This document shows, piece after piece, positions 56,108 through 64,000 of a DNA stretch of 64,000 nt. The notes beneath the pieces are model-generated. The model made no database searches. It saw nothing but the letters and a program-made list of their open reading frames with translations, and was not told the origin of the DNA. The stretch is taken from NCBI GenBank assembly GCA_029978905.1, contig JAPOIM010000007.1:15942-79941 (forward strand). The letters are read 5' to 3'. The translations under genes were made by a program, and so were the position numbers. The stretch is from Planctomycetota bacterium. Its GTDB lineage: Bacteria; Planctomycetota; Planctomycetia; Pirellulales; UBA1268. Numbering within the stretch: position 1 is the stretch's first letter; each line of letters begins with the position of its first letter.

Positions 56108-57826
56108 TTAGTGCAACACGATCGCACGGCCAGGGCCGCCGTGACAATCGCGAACTTTGATGGCGGCAAAGAGGAAGTAGGCCTCTTGCGGAATCGTGTC
56201 GACATTCACGAGGAACTCAACGCCCACCATGTCGCGGCTCCCGAGCGCCCAGTAGGTCATCAGGGCGCGACGCGGATCCACGCCCCCAAGATCGGGAGCG
56301 TCGCTGGCAATGCATCGAATCCCTTTCTCCTTGAGATAGACCACCACGTCGGGGCCTGGGGCGGGCCATCCTTCAGCCTTTCCTGCGAGTGGGGCTTGCC
56401 ACAGGGCGGAGCCATCGGGGGAGGGGAGCAGCTTTCCGTCGTTGTAGCCGGTCTGGAAGATCACCACGTCTCCCTTTCGCAGCGGGCCCGTTTTCTCCTC
56501 GTAGGCCTGTACCTGCTCTACGGTGATCTCTGGTGACACCGGCCAGCGTGTGGGCGGTGTGGATCCCACCAGCGACCGCACATCGATCACTCTCGCTTCA
56601 CCGCAGGTCCACTCAAGCGGCACCTTTTCGGTCGTCAGGGAACTTACGCCGCGTGGCCCATAGCGCTGTTCGTACTCTTCAAGCCAACCTCGCACCTCGG
56701 GGGCGTAGGCCACCGGCGCACTGTCGGGGGGCAGGGCATACGCCGGCGGGACGAGGTGCGTGCCTGTCATCGCGTCCATCAGGTGGCCGTGGTGCCACAT
56801 GTCGAGGTATTCGGAGTAGAGGAAGTCGATTTTTAGATACGCCTGCCGATGGTTTCCCGTGCCGATGCCTGGCGAGGTGAGGGGCATGTTCGGCGAAAGC
56901 GTGGGGGACAGGTCGATCGCGCGTTTGTTTTTGCACGCCTCAATCAGCCGCTGTGGTAGGTCGCCTCCCACGATGGAGAAGGCACGGCCTTCGCCGTAGG
57001 GGCCACCGGCATGTTTGGGGCCAAGCAGACAGTAAAACGCTCCCGTGGAAGGGAGGGCTTTGAGGTTCGTGGCCCCCTCGGTCCAGATCATGCCGTGCTT
57101 CAGGCCCGCGTAATGCGTCGGCTCAGCGAGATCGGGGAGCGGTCCCATGCTCGCACTGTCGGTCCCGAGAGTCAGGACGCCGCGTTTCCCGAGCAACTCC
57201 ATGCAGTCCGGGTCGGGATCGGGATAGCCGGGCGCTTTGCGATCCAGCACATCGGCGATGAAGCGGCGTCCCTCAGGGAGCGGTCGGTAGTAGGTGTCGG
57301 AGTAGTCGCTGCGAAAGAGCACGACGTCGCCGAAGCGGACGGGGCGATGCTGCTGTTCAAACGCAACGACATGCTCTGACGTGACGAGTGGGCTGACGCC
57401 TTTGGGAGCCTGGTCGAGGAGGGTGCGCACGTCGACCACGCAGGCTTCGCCCCCAAACTGCCAGGGCTCGATCGTGTCGGTGTAGGCAAGCCCTAGCGGC
57501 CCTGATTTCTCACGGTTCAACTCGGGGCGGGCGACGGAATGCGGCGGCACATCGAGCTGCGTGCCGGTGTTGCCGTCGATCAGCAGCGTGTCGACGTTGA
57601 ATGCAGACTCCGGCCCAATCGTTCTCGCGTGCACGATCGCGAAGCGAGGAAAAGGCTCGCTCGGCCAGGTGCAGGGGTAGTCGGGGGCGATGAGGAGCGA
57701 GTGGTCCACAAACACAGGCTCTTCGCCTGCGCCGCGGTTGGTGTGTGCGACTGCCACGAATGTGGTCATTGCGAGAAAGCCTCTGACCAACAGGCATGCC
57801 GCTCTGTTCGCCTGCGCTCGGTTCAT
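56108..57826 (-). CDS. Exported protein with two tandem cyclase-family (kynurenine-formamidase-like) domains
   Basis: I trimmed to ATG 57826; the signal peptide is MNRAQANRAACLLVRGFLAMTTFVAVAHT. Domain 1 lies around LLIDGNTGTQLDVPPHSV...FGDVVLFRSDY...LGTDSASMG. Domain 2 lies around LMDAMTGTHLVPPAYAL...KGDVVIFQTGY...IASDAPDLGG. Confidence 0.7.
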   Translation of the reverse strand: MNRAQANRAACLLVRGFLAMTTFVAVAHTNRGAGEEPVFVDHSLLIAPDYPCTWPSEPFPRFAIVHARTIGPESAFNVDTLLIDGNTGTQLDVPPHSVARPELNREKSGPLGLAYTDTIEPWQFGGEACVVDVRTLLDQAPKGVSPLVTSEHVVAFEQQHRPVRFGDVVLFRSDYSDTYYRPLPEGRRFIADVLDRKAPGYPDPDPDCMELLGKRGVLTLGTDSASMGPLPDLAEPTHYAGLKHGMIWTEGATNLKALPSTGAFYCLLGPKHAGGPYGEGRAFSIVGGDLPQRLIEACKNKRAIDLSPTLSPNMPLTSPGIGTGNHRQAYLKIDFLYSEYLDMWHHGHLMDAMTGTHLVPPAYALPPDSAPVAYAPEVRGWLEEYEQRYGPRGVSSLTTEKVPLEWTCGEARVIDVRSLVGSTPPTRWPVSPEITVEQVQAYEEKTGPLRKGDVVIFQTGYNDGKLLPSPDGSALWQAPLAGKAEGWPAPGPDVVVYLKEKGIRCIASDAPDLGGVDPRRALMTYWALGSRDMVGVEFLVNVDTIPQEAYFLFAAIKVRDCHGGPGRAIVLH

Positions 57827-57866
57827 ACGGGGACTCCTTCCGTCAGATGCCACGACGGGCTGATGG

Positions 57867-59429
57867 TCAGACAGAACAACAGGATGCGGTGGTGAGGTGC
57901 AGTCGCTCTTCGGCTTCCCGAGACGTGCGTGCAAACAACGTCGCGTTGTCGTCACGCGTCAGGTCTTGGTCGAAGGTTGGGATCATCTGTCGCATGCGGT
58001 CCTGCCCTGCGCTGGTGGAGAGCATCTCTGGCCGGCAGGATCGAATGACGTCCAGTGCGATGTTGACCGACACCGACGCACCTGGTGAGGCGCCGAGCAG
58101 TACGGCGAGCGAACGGTCGGCCGGCGAGAACACCTCGGTGCCAAAGGAGACCTCCCCGCGGTCGCTCCGCTTGAGGGTCTGCACGCGGATGCCGGCGTGC
58201 ACGAGTCGCCAATCCTCGAGACGGGCCTGCGGATAGTAGGCCCGCAGCGCCTCGAGACGCTGCTCCATCGTCTGCAGCCCCTGTGAGATCAGGTACTGCA
58301 CGAGCGACCAATTGCGAACGGCCGTGTGGAGCATCGAGGGAAGGTTGTGGAGACGCAACGAGCGCGGCAGATCGAGCCAACTTCCGGAGTGCTTGAGGAA
58401 GCGGGTTGTCCACGATGCGTAGGGGCCGAACAGCAGCCGTTTTTGGCCATCGAGCCACCGCACGTCGAGATGCCCGGCGCCCAGGCTCGGTGCTGAAGGG
58501 GGCGTGGCCCCATAGACCTTCGCGGTGTGTCGCGAGCAGATGGCGGGATCATCGCACACAAGCCACTGGCCACCGATCGGGAATCCCGCCAACCCAGCGA
58601 CCTCCGGCAGGCCTGTTGACTGGAGCAAACGCAGACTCCCGCCTCCCGCACCGACGAAGACAAACCCAGTGGACTGCTCTCGCACCTCTCTTGAGGCGAC
58701 ATGCCGCAGCCTAACCTGCCAGCGGCCGTTCCGCCGCCTCAACCGCTCGACCTTCCAGCCGGTGGCAACGCTGCAGCCGTCTTGGTCTGCGAGCCACGCG
58801 CACAACCGCCGCGCGAGAAGACCATAGTTGACTTCGGTGCCAGCTCCTTCGGTGGCGGCCACTGGGCCGGGAGCCCGACCCTCCATCACCAGCGGCGTTG
58901 TGTGTTCGATGGCCACGCGGTCGGTGGTCAGGTTCATGCCACGAAAGAAGTGATGCGCGGTCATCGCCTCGTGGCGGGCTCGGAGAAAGTCGACGTTCTC
59001 CTGCCCCTGCACAAAGCAGAGATGTGGTACCGGGTGAATGAAGTCGGTGGGATCGCCAATCACGCCCGCGACCGCGAGGCCCCCCCAGAACTGCTTCGAG
59101 TGCTCGAACTGCTCGAAGATGCGGAGGGCCCGTGCGACCGGGACACGGCCCGAGGCGTCGCGGTGTGGGGTGTAGCTGATTTCGCACACACCGGCGTGGC
59201 CGGTACCGGCGTTGTTCCAGCCGTCGGAGGCCTCAGATGCGAGGCTCGGGGCCACTTCGATGACTTGAAGTCTCAGCCACGGATCGAGCCGTTTGAGCAT
59301 CACCGCCAATGTGGACGACATGATCCCACTGCCGATGAGCAGGACGTCGGGGGCCTCCACGAAATGCGTGTTTCCGCCGATGGGGCCAGCCGGCACGAGG
59401 CGACGTTGGTTCGTGGATGGTGCGCGCAA
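57867..59429 (-). CDS. mqo: Malate:quinone oxidoreductase
   Basis: DVLLIGSGIMSSTLAVMLKRLDP...IEVAPSLASEASDGWNNAGTGHAGVCE is the characteristic Mqo N-terminus. The length is 520 aa. Confidence 0.88.
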   Translation of the reverse strand: MRAPSTNQRRLVPAGPIGGNTHFVEAPDVLLIGSGIMSSTLAVMLKRLDPWLRLQVIEVAPSLASEASDGWNNAGTGHAGVCEISYTPHRDASGRVPVARALRIFEQFEHSKQFWGGLAVAGVIGDPTDFIHPVPHLCFVQGQENVDFLRARHEAMTAHHFFRGMNLTTDRVAIEHTTPLVMEGRAPGPVAATEGAGTEVNYGLLARRLCAWLADQDGCSVATGWKVERLRRRNGRWQVRLRHVASREVREQSTGFVFVGAGGGSLRLLQSTGLPEVAGLAGFPIGGQWLVCDDPAICSRHTAKVYGATPPSAPSLGAGHLDVRWLDGQKRLLFGPYASWTTRFLKHSGSWLDLPRSLRLHNLPSMLHTAVRNWSLVQYLISQGLQTMEQRLEALRAYYPQARLEDWRLVHAGIRVQTLKRSDRGEVSFGTEVFSPADRSLAVLLGASPGASVSVNIALDVIRSCRPEMLSTSAGQDRMRQMIPTFDQDLTRDDNATLFARTSREAEERLHLTTASCCSV

Positions 59430-59507
59430 AGTACTGCCCCCCGTCTCAATACGATACCGAAATCGGCACGTGTGTGGGGATGCGGTGCCGTCGTGAGGTG
59501 CCGTGGA

Positions 59508-60473
59508 TTAGGCGGTATGCCGGTTCACCACATTGGGCAGCGGTTCGCCGCGGAGGGCCATCACGGCAAGGGTGGCCGCCGTCTCCCGCAGCGTGCGAAC
59601 TGCTTTCGGACTTGCCGAGGCGATGTGGGAAGCGACGATCACGTTTGGCAAGGTCCGCAACGGGCTGTCGAGCGGGATGGGCTCGGGATCGCAGACATCG
59701 ATGGCGGCCGAAGCGATGTGTCCCGACTGAATCGCCGCGACGAGCGCGGCAGTATCGATTAGGTCGCCACGGGCGAGATTGACCACCACGGCGCCCCGCT
59801 TCATCCGCGAGAGGGTCGTGGCGTTGAGCAGCTGTTTTGTCTGTGGCGTCGATGGGCAGTGCAGGGAGAGCATGTCGGAGTGCGACAGCACCTCGTCAAG
59901 GGTGACGGGTTCGCAACCGGCGGCGCGGATGGTTTCGGCTGAAACAAACTCGTCATGAACCAGTCGCCGACACTTGAACGGGCTGAGTCTCGCGGCGACC
60001 TCGCGTCCGATGCGCCCAAAGCCAATCAGGCCGATGGTTTGGTCACGCAAGGTCCGCATTTGATCGAGCGGAGTCGCCAGCCCCCACTGACCCGCACGCA
60101 CGTGCAGTGTGTTGGGAACAACCTGCCGCGACACGCCGAGAAGAAACGCCAGCGTGTGGTCGGCGACTTCATCGATGCAGTAGTCGGGGATGTTGCAGAC
60201 GGGAATGCCACGGTCGCGGGCTGCCGCGATGTCGACGTTGTCGTACCCGATGCCGTATCGCACGATCACTTTGGCGCGTTGCATGGCTTCGATCACCTCA
60301 GCGTTGATCGGTGCGAACTGCGTGATCACCGCATCGGCGTCTGCGACGAGCGTCTGGACTGCGGCAACGTGCTTGTCGTTCCCGTGTGTGAGTTCAAAGC
60401 CAGCCTCAGACACGATCGCCTGCTCGATGTCGAGATTTGGAAACGTGAAGTCGGTGATCGCAACCGTGGCCAT
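59508..60473 (-). CDS. D-isomer-specific 2-hydroxyacid dehydrogenase (CtBP/PGDH-like)
   Basis: The NAD motif is IGLIGFGRIGREVAARL. Catalytic contexts are VNLARG, DVCDPEP and ASHIASAS. I prefer ATG 60473 to the ORF opening at 60491. Confidence 0.85.
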   Translation of the reverse strand: MATVAITDFTFPNLDIEQAIVSEAGFELTHGNDKHVAAVQTLVADADAVITQFAPINAEVIEAMQRAKVIVRYGIGYDNVDIAAARDRGIPVCNIPDYCIDEVADHTLAFLLGVSRQVVPNTLHVRAGQWGLATPLDQMRTLRDQTIGLIGFGRIGREVAARLSPFKCRRLVHDEFVSAETIRAAGCEPVTLDEVLSHSDMLSLHCPSTPQTKQLLNATTLSRMKRGAVVVNLARGDLIDTAALVAAIQSGHIASAAIDVCDPEPIPLDSPLRTLPNVIVASHIASASPKAVRTLRETAATLAVMALRGEPLPNVVNRHTA

Positions 60474-60600
60474 GATGAGCGCTTTCCTCAAGAGCGGTGT
60501 GGAGAGAGCGTGTCGACGGAATCGACACTCGGACCGCGTTCTTCATGGAACGGCACCAAAATCCCGTTCATCGTTGGTCCGGCGGTTGAGGCGAGGAGAG

Positions 60601-60674
60601 TACGCCCGACAGGACTCGAACCAGTGACCCTGGGATTAGAAATCCCATGCTCTATCCAACTGAGCTACGGGCGC
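60601..60674 (-). tRNA. tRNA-Arg (anticodon TCT)
   Basis: The reverse complement is GCGCCCGTAGCTCAGTTGGATAGAGCATGGGATTTCTAATCCCAGGGTCACTGGTTCGAGTCCTGTCGGGCGTA. The D-arm is GCTCAGTTGGATAGAGC, the anticodon stem pairs TGGGA with TCCCA around the loop TTTCTAA, and the T-loop is GGTTCGAGTCC. There is one U-U mismatch in the T-stem and a G-U pair at 1:72. Confidence 0.85.
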
Positions 60675-62386
60675 GTTGTGAACGCCCGTTTTTTTACCAC
60701 AGCAGGGCATCGATCGGCACGGGGTGAACGAAAACCTGCGGCGACGACGGCAGCAATCGCCGCGGCGGCGAGCAGCATTGCTCCGCTGGGCTCGGGGACG
60801 GCGACAAACGTCACCACGTCATCGTAGGTCCGTCGTTCCCAGTTCAGGATCTCACCCGGATTCGTCGGCGAGAGCACAGGAAAGGCGTACACGGGCGTGA
60901 TGCTGACATTCCATAATCCCGACTCTGCGAGGACGACATCGATTTCAAGGTGGCCGTAATGCTTGCCTCCTGAGAGAAGGACGTCGCCTGACCAGAGTTC
61001 GGGGGCGTCGGTGTGCGCCAAGAACTCTTGGTAGGGATTGCTGAGATCGGCTTGCGGGCCGCGCAGTCCGTCTCCACTTGCCCCGACATCGTAAAAGTGG
61101 ATGCCATCGACGAGCGAGTGCTCGTACATCTCATCGTGGCCCGAGAAGACGGCTGCCACATCGTAGGCATCAAGCAGCGGCGTTAACGCCCGCAGCGGTT
61201 GACCTGATTGGGTGTCGAAACCCGTTCCGGAACCTGCGGGAGCGCCGTGCGGACCAACCGAGTAGGCCGCATGGTGGTACTGCACGAACACAATCTGGCC
61301 AGATGCGCGGGCCGACTGAAGCTGCGATTCCAGCCACAGGTACTGTTCCGACCCGGGCATGTAGTCAGGGATCTGGGGATTGAGCGTGTTGTCCAGAAAA
61401 AAGTTGGTATCGGTGGACGTTCCTTGTGTGCCGCCGTTGCTCGAGTCGATCGTGAGCATCGTGACGGGGCCAAAGTCGACGCGGTGATAGCGACCCGTGT
61501 GGTCCGCGTAGCTGGCCGCGTTGTCGGGCACTTCGAAGTACGTCAGGAACTTGTCTGCTGCGGCGGCTGCTGCGGCCGGGCTGTATCCGCCGAGTGTGCC
61601 CGGGCCACCATAGTTGTCGTGGTTTCCCAGGCCAGGCACGATCGCCGTCGAACTCGCAACCGTGCCAACGGACCCTGCGGAATGTCGCCAGAACTCGTCC
61701 CAGTCCCGTTGCTCACCGCCGCTTTCCACAAGATCCCCGGGGAGGGCGATCATGGTGGCGCGTCCCAGTGCATGCGCTTCTGCCGCGCGGGACGCCACGA
61801 TCGCGAGGTTTTGCGTGTAGCCCTCTGTCTCGGTGGAAAGGTAGGTGCCGCCGACCCAGGCAGGGCGGTTGGCACCGGTAGGCTCCGCCCAGGCCACTTT
61901 TGATGTGCGGCTCTCGGGCTGCGTTTCCGTGTCGGAATAGACAAAGAGCCGCACACCGCTTCCTGTGGCAAGGCCAGGGGCCAGCGCCGATTGCAGGGGC
62001 GTCACGACGGAGCCCGTCTTCGTGGTCGACCCTTGCGTGACCGCGTAACCGTAGGAACTGTTGGGGTTAAGTCCGCTGACGCGAACGGTGTGGAGCCAAG
62101 GAAGTCCGGTGGCTCGGTTGTCCAGCGGTTCGTCTGCTTGATAGTCGAGGGCGTCGGCACGCACGGGTGTTGATGAAAAAAGACGTCCATCAATGGTCAC
62201 CGAGCCGGCATTGCTCGTCTCGCTCAGCCAGCGGAGCGTGATCGCCTCGCTGGTGGGGTTTTGCAGGTACGGCTCAACGCGAAAATCCTGGCCTGCAGCG
62301 TTTGCTGCGAGGCCGCTCGTCGCGATCGCGATGAGGAGGCCGGCGAGAGCCCCACGTTTTTTTCGGTGCGGTGGTATTGGGCGCAT
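60665..62386 (-). CDS. Secreted metallophosphoesterase (purple-acid-phosphatase-like) with a C-terminal PEP-CTERM sorting signal
   Basis: The signal peptide is MRPIPPHRKKRGALAGLLIAIATSGLAANA. Phosphoesterase motifs are LPGDLVESGG, LGNHDNYG and VFSGHDEMYEHS. The C-terminus is VAVPEPSGAMLLAAAAIAAVVAAGFRSPRADR. The stop codon lies inside the tRNA-Arg gene. Confidence 0.8.
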   Translation of the reverse strand: MRPIPPHRKKRGALAGLLIAIATSGLAANAAGQDFRVEPYLQNPTSEAITLRWLSETSNAGSVTIDGRLFSSTPVRADALDYQADEPLDNRATGLPWLHTVRVSGLNPNSSYGYAVTQGSTTKTGSVVTPLQSALAPGLATGSGVRLFVYSDTETQPESRTSKVAWAEPTGANRPAWVGGTYLSTETEGYTQNLAIVASRAAEAHALGRATMIALPGDLVESGGEQRDWDEFWRHSAGSVGTVASSTAIVPGLGNHDNYGGPGTLGGYSPAAAAAAADKFLTYFEVPDNAASYADHTGRYHRVDFGPVTMLTIDSSNGGTQGTSTDTNFFLDNTLNPQIPDYMPGSEQYLWLESQLQSARASGQIVFVQYHHAAYSVGPHGAPAGSGTGFDTQSGQPLRALTPLLDAYDVAAVFSGHDEMYEHSLVDGIHFYDVGASGDGLRGPQADLSNPYQEFLAHTDAPELWSGDVLLSGGKHYGHLEIDVVLAESGLWNVSITPVYAFPVLSPTNPGEILNWERRTYDDVVTFVAVPEPSGAMLLAAAAIAAVVAAGFRSPRADRCPAVVKKRAFTTRP

Positions 62387-62407
62387 GGTTCACGCGACAC
62401 GGGCGGG

Positions 62408-64000
62408 CTATGGCGCGCGGCCGACGGATTGCAGGCGTTCGTTGATCACTCGCTGCGGGTCGTCTGGCACGAATGTGGGATCGATGAAGTCGCGGAGGTC
62501 GCGGAGGGCAAGCACTCGGTAGCCTTCGGTGTGCAAGTAGCGAAGGAAGGCCTCGAAGTTCACTTGCGAACTGCTGACCCAGTCATGCGCGGTGTCGGGC
62601 ACGCCATGAAATTGAATGATGGCGATGTTGCCATCGCGGGCTTGCGTGACGGCGCGGACGAAGTTGTCGAGCGACCAGTTGGGCCGAGCATCTCCAGCAG
62701 ACGGCAGCAGTAGGGGATGGTCACGGCCCGGTGCGAACGCAAACCCCTCGCCAGTTTCGTAGGGATGCTCAGGAGCACCGCCGCGCCTTGCGAAAAGGAT
62801 GCCGTTGGCAGCGAGGATCTCATAGGCCTGTGGGGTCGTGGCATTGCCGGGCCAGGCGAAGGTTACCGGCGTCGGGATGCCGTGGGCTTCGCACTGTGCG
62901 GCGATGCCCGCCAGCTGTTCTTCCAGTCGCCCTACGGTGGCGTCCGTGATTCCAAGGTGGTCGCGGGTGTGGTTACCGATCTCAAAGCCCGCGTCATGCA
63001 GGCCGCGGATCTCATCCCAGGTCATGTAGTCGCGTTTGTTCTCACGGAAGTCAAAGCCCTCGGTGATGAAGAAGGTGGCGCCAAAGCCGTACTTCTTCAG
63101 CAGCGGCGCCGCGATTGTGGCATGCGACTTTGCCGAGTCGTCAAAGGTGAGGACGACGAGTTTGTCTGGGATCGCGTGTCGAATGGGCGGGGCCGGCGTG
63201 GGCGTGCTGCCAGCCTGAGGGGACGCGGTGGTCGCGTTTGCCTCCCGGTTCCGCTCTGCGGCCTGCTCTCGGATCGCCTTGCGGGCGGCGTCGAGTCGCT
63301 CAGGCCAGGCGAACGTGGGGGCCGTGCTCGGATCGTAGCCTGCGAGGTGCCCATGCAGCCTTGCCTTGGGCTTTGTGTACCGCAGGTGCGTGTCGCCAAA
63401 AACTTCATGGCAGAGGTCCGCGAGACCGCGGTCGTAGGCAATCAGTTCCTCACGCGTGTCGACATGGTTGTGGTCGTGGTCGTTGGAGCGATTGTTGTCG
63501 AACCACGACTGCACGCCTTCGGCAAAGTACTCGTGGTGATTGACGCTCGCATACACGCCCGTCCAAAGCCCCGCAGCCATGGCGGCGTCGTAGGCGGCGC
63601 GGAGCCGCGTGTCGAAGGTAGGGTCCAGGTTGACCATCCCTCGCAGATGGATGTTGTGGGCCAACTCGTGGATGAGAATGCACTCGGCCGCGTACGGATC
63701 TCCGGGATAGCCCAGCAGGTTTTCTTCAGCGCACGAGCAAAACGGGTCGCGTTCGCTCCCTCCCATACCGCGGGCTCGGGCATCCCAGTAGTCGGTGGCA
63801 GGGAGCGTCGGGAGCCCTGGGGCACGGTGTTTGGCGAGCCGCGCAAACTCTGGCTGATCGGTGGTGAACTCGTTGTGCGCCAGAATGCAGAGCCGAGAGC
63901 CACTCGCAGTCATCGCCTCGAGGACATCGGGCCGTTGCTTGAGCATCTGCCCAATCAAGTAGGCGGCTTCTTCCAACGCGAAAGGATTGACCTCGGCGGA
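62408..64000 (-). CDS. Fusion protein: HEXXH metallopeptidase-like domain plus polysaccharide deacetylase (NodB/CE4) domain; 5' end lies beyond the right window edge
   Basis: The frame stays open from 63976 to base 64000 (SAEVNPFALEEAAY...), so the TTG at 63976 is probably internal. ILIHELAHNIHLRG with NHHEYFAEGVQSWF marks the peptidase-like part. VVLTFDDSAKSH and EIGNHTRDHLG mark the CE4 part. Confidence 0.7.
   Translation of the reverse strand, partial: SAEVNPFALEEAAYLIGQMLKQRPDVLEAMTASGSRLCILAHNEFTTDQPEFARLAKHRAPGLPTLPATDYWDARARGMGGSERDPFCSCAEENLLGYPGDPYAAECILIHELAHNIHLRGMVNLDPTFDTRLRAAYDAAMAAGLWTGVYASVNHHEYFAEGVQSWFDNNRSNDHDHNHVDTREELIAYDRGLADLCHEVFGDTHLRYTKPKARLHGHLAGYDPSTAPTFAWPERLDAARKAIREQAAERNREANATTASPQAGSTPTPAPPIRHAIPDKLVVLTFDDSAKSHATIAAPLLKKYGFGATFFITEGFDFRENKRDYMTWDEIRGLHDAGFEIGNHTRDHLGITDATVGRLEEQLAGIAAQCEAHGIPTPVTFAWPGNATTPQAYEILAANGILFARRGGAPEHPYETGEGFAFAPGRDHPLLLPSAGDARPNWSLDNFVRAVTQARDGNIAIIQFHGVPDTAHDWVSSSQVNFEAFLRYLHTEGYRVLALRDLRDFIDPTFVPDDPQRVINERLQSVGRAP

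Noticed and set aside
49929-56111. Plus-strand ORFs 49929..51275 and 54918..56111, among others, opposite the six-gene operon
   Set aside because: They are shadow ORFs. The minus strand encodes recognisable hydrolase, E2 and MFS sequences.

Overview
This is a 64-kb, high-GC (roughly 60-65% by eye), densely coding chromosomal segment of a diderm bacterium. The gene content includes a PEP-CTERM protein, an HTTM protein, a 1.4-k-aa TPR protein, FliW/CsrA, LpxA, LptF/G, a sigma54 activator and frequent GTG/TTG starts. That mix fits a Planctomycetota/Verrucomicrobiota-type genome best, but this is inference only. I call 48 CDS and 2 tRNAs. I see no rRNA, CRISPR array, IS element or prophage. Main blocks: (1) 1-5865, chemotaxis cluster 1 on the minus strand: CheA, CheW, MCP and a tandem-receiver CheB-like protein that runs off the left edge. 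(2) 6.0-11.9 kb: thioredoxin-like gene, fliW-csrA, LptF/G, ComF, HemC and an orphan NarL-type regulator. (3) 12-17 kb: XerC/D recombinase, PIG-L deacetylase, unknowns and an amidase. (4) 17.1-26.5 kb: a tightly coupled seven-gene Wsp-type chemosensory operon (PBP, MCP, CheW, CheR-TPR, CheW, CheA-REC, CheB) with no output gene, divergent from a sigma54 activator that has no sensory domain. (5) 28-36.8 kb: LpxA, TPR proteins, a secreted Pro-rich protein, tRNA-Leu and an HTTM protein. (6) 36.9-48.5 kb: lpd-aceE-aceF-sucA-sucB-lpd, a combined PDH plus OGDH supercluster. (7) 49.7-57.8 kb: a six-gene operon around a third 2-oxoacid-dehydrogenase-type complex with fused E1 alpha-beta. (8) 57.9-64 kb: Mqo, a 2-hydroxyacid dehydrogenase, tRNA-Arg, a PEP-CTERM phosphoesterase and a peptidase-like/CE4 deacetylase fusion cut by the right edge. 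The strongest candidates for undescribed biology are three. First, the output-less Wsp-type operon led by a membrane-tethered AmiC/UrtA-like binding protein that is translationally coupled to the receptor. Second, a CheY-like pseudo-receiver (Asn at the phospho-acceptor) fused to a CheB-type receiver. Third, the six-gene operon with degenerate active-site motifs. All family assignments come from motif recognition by eye; no database search was possible.
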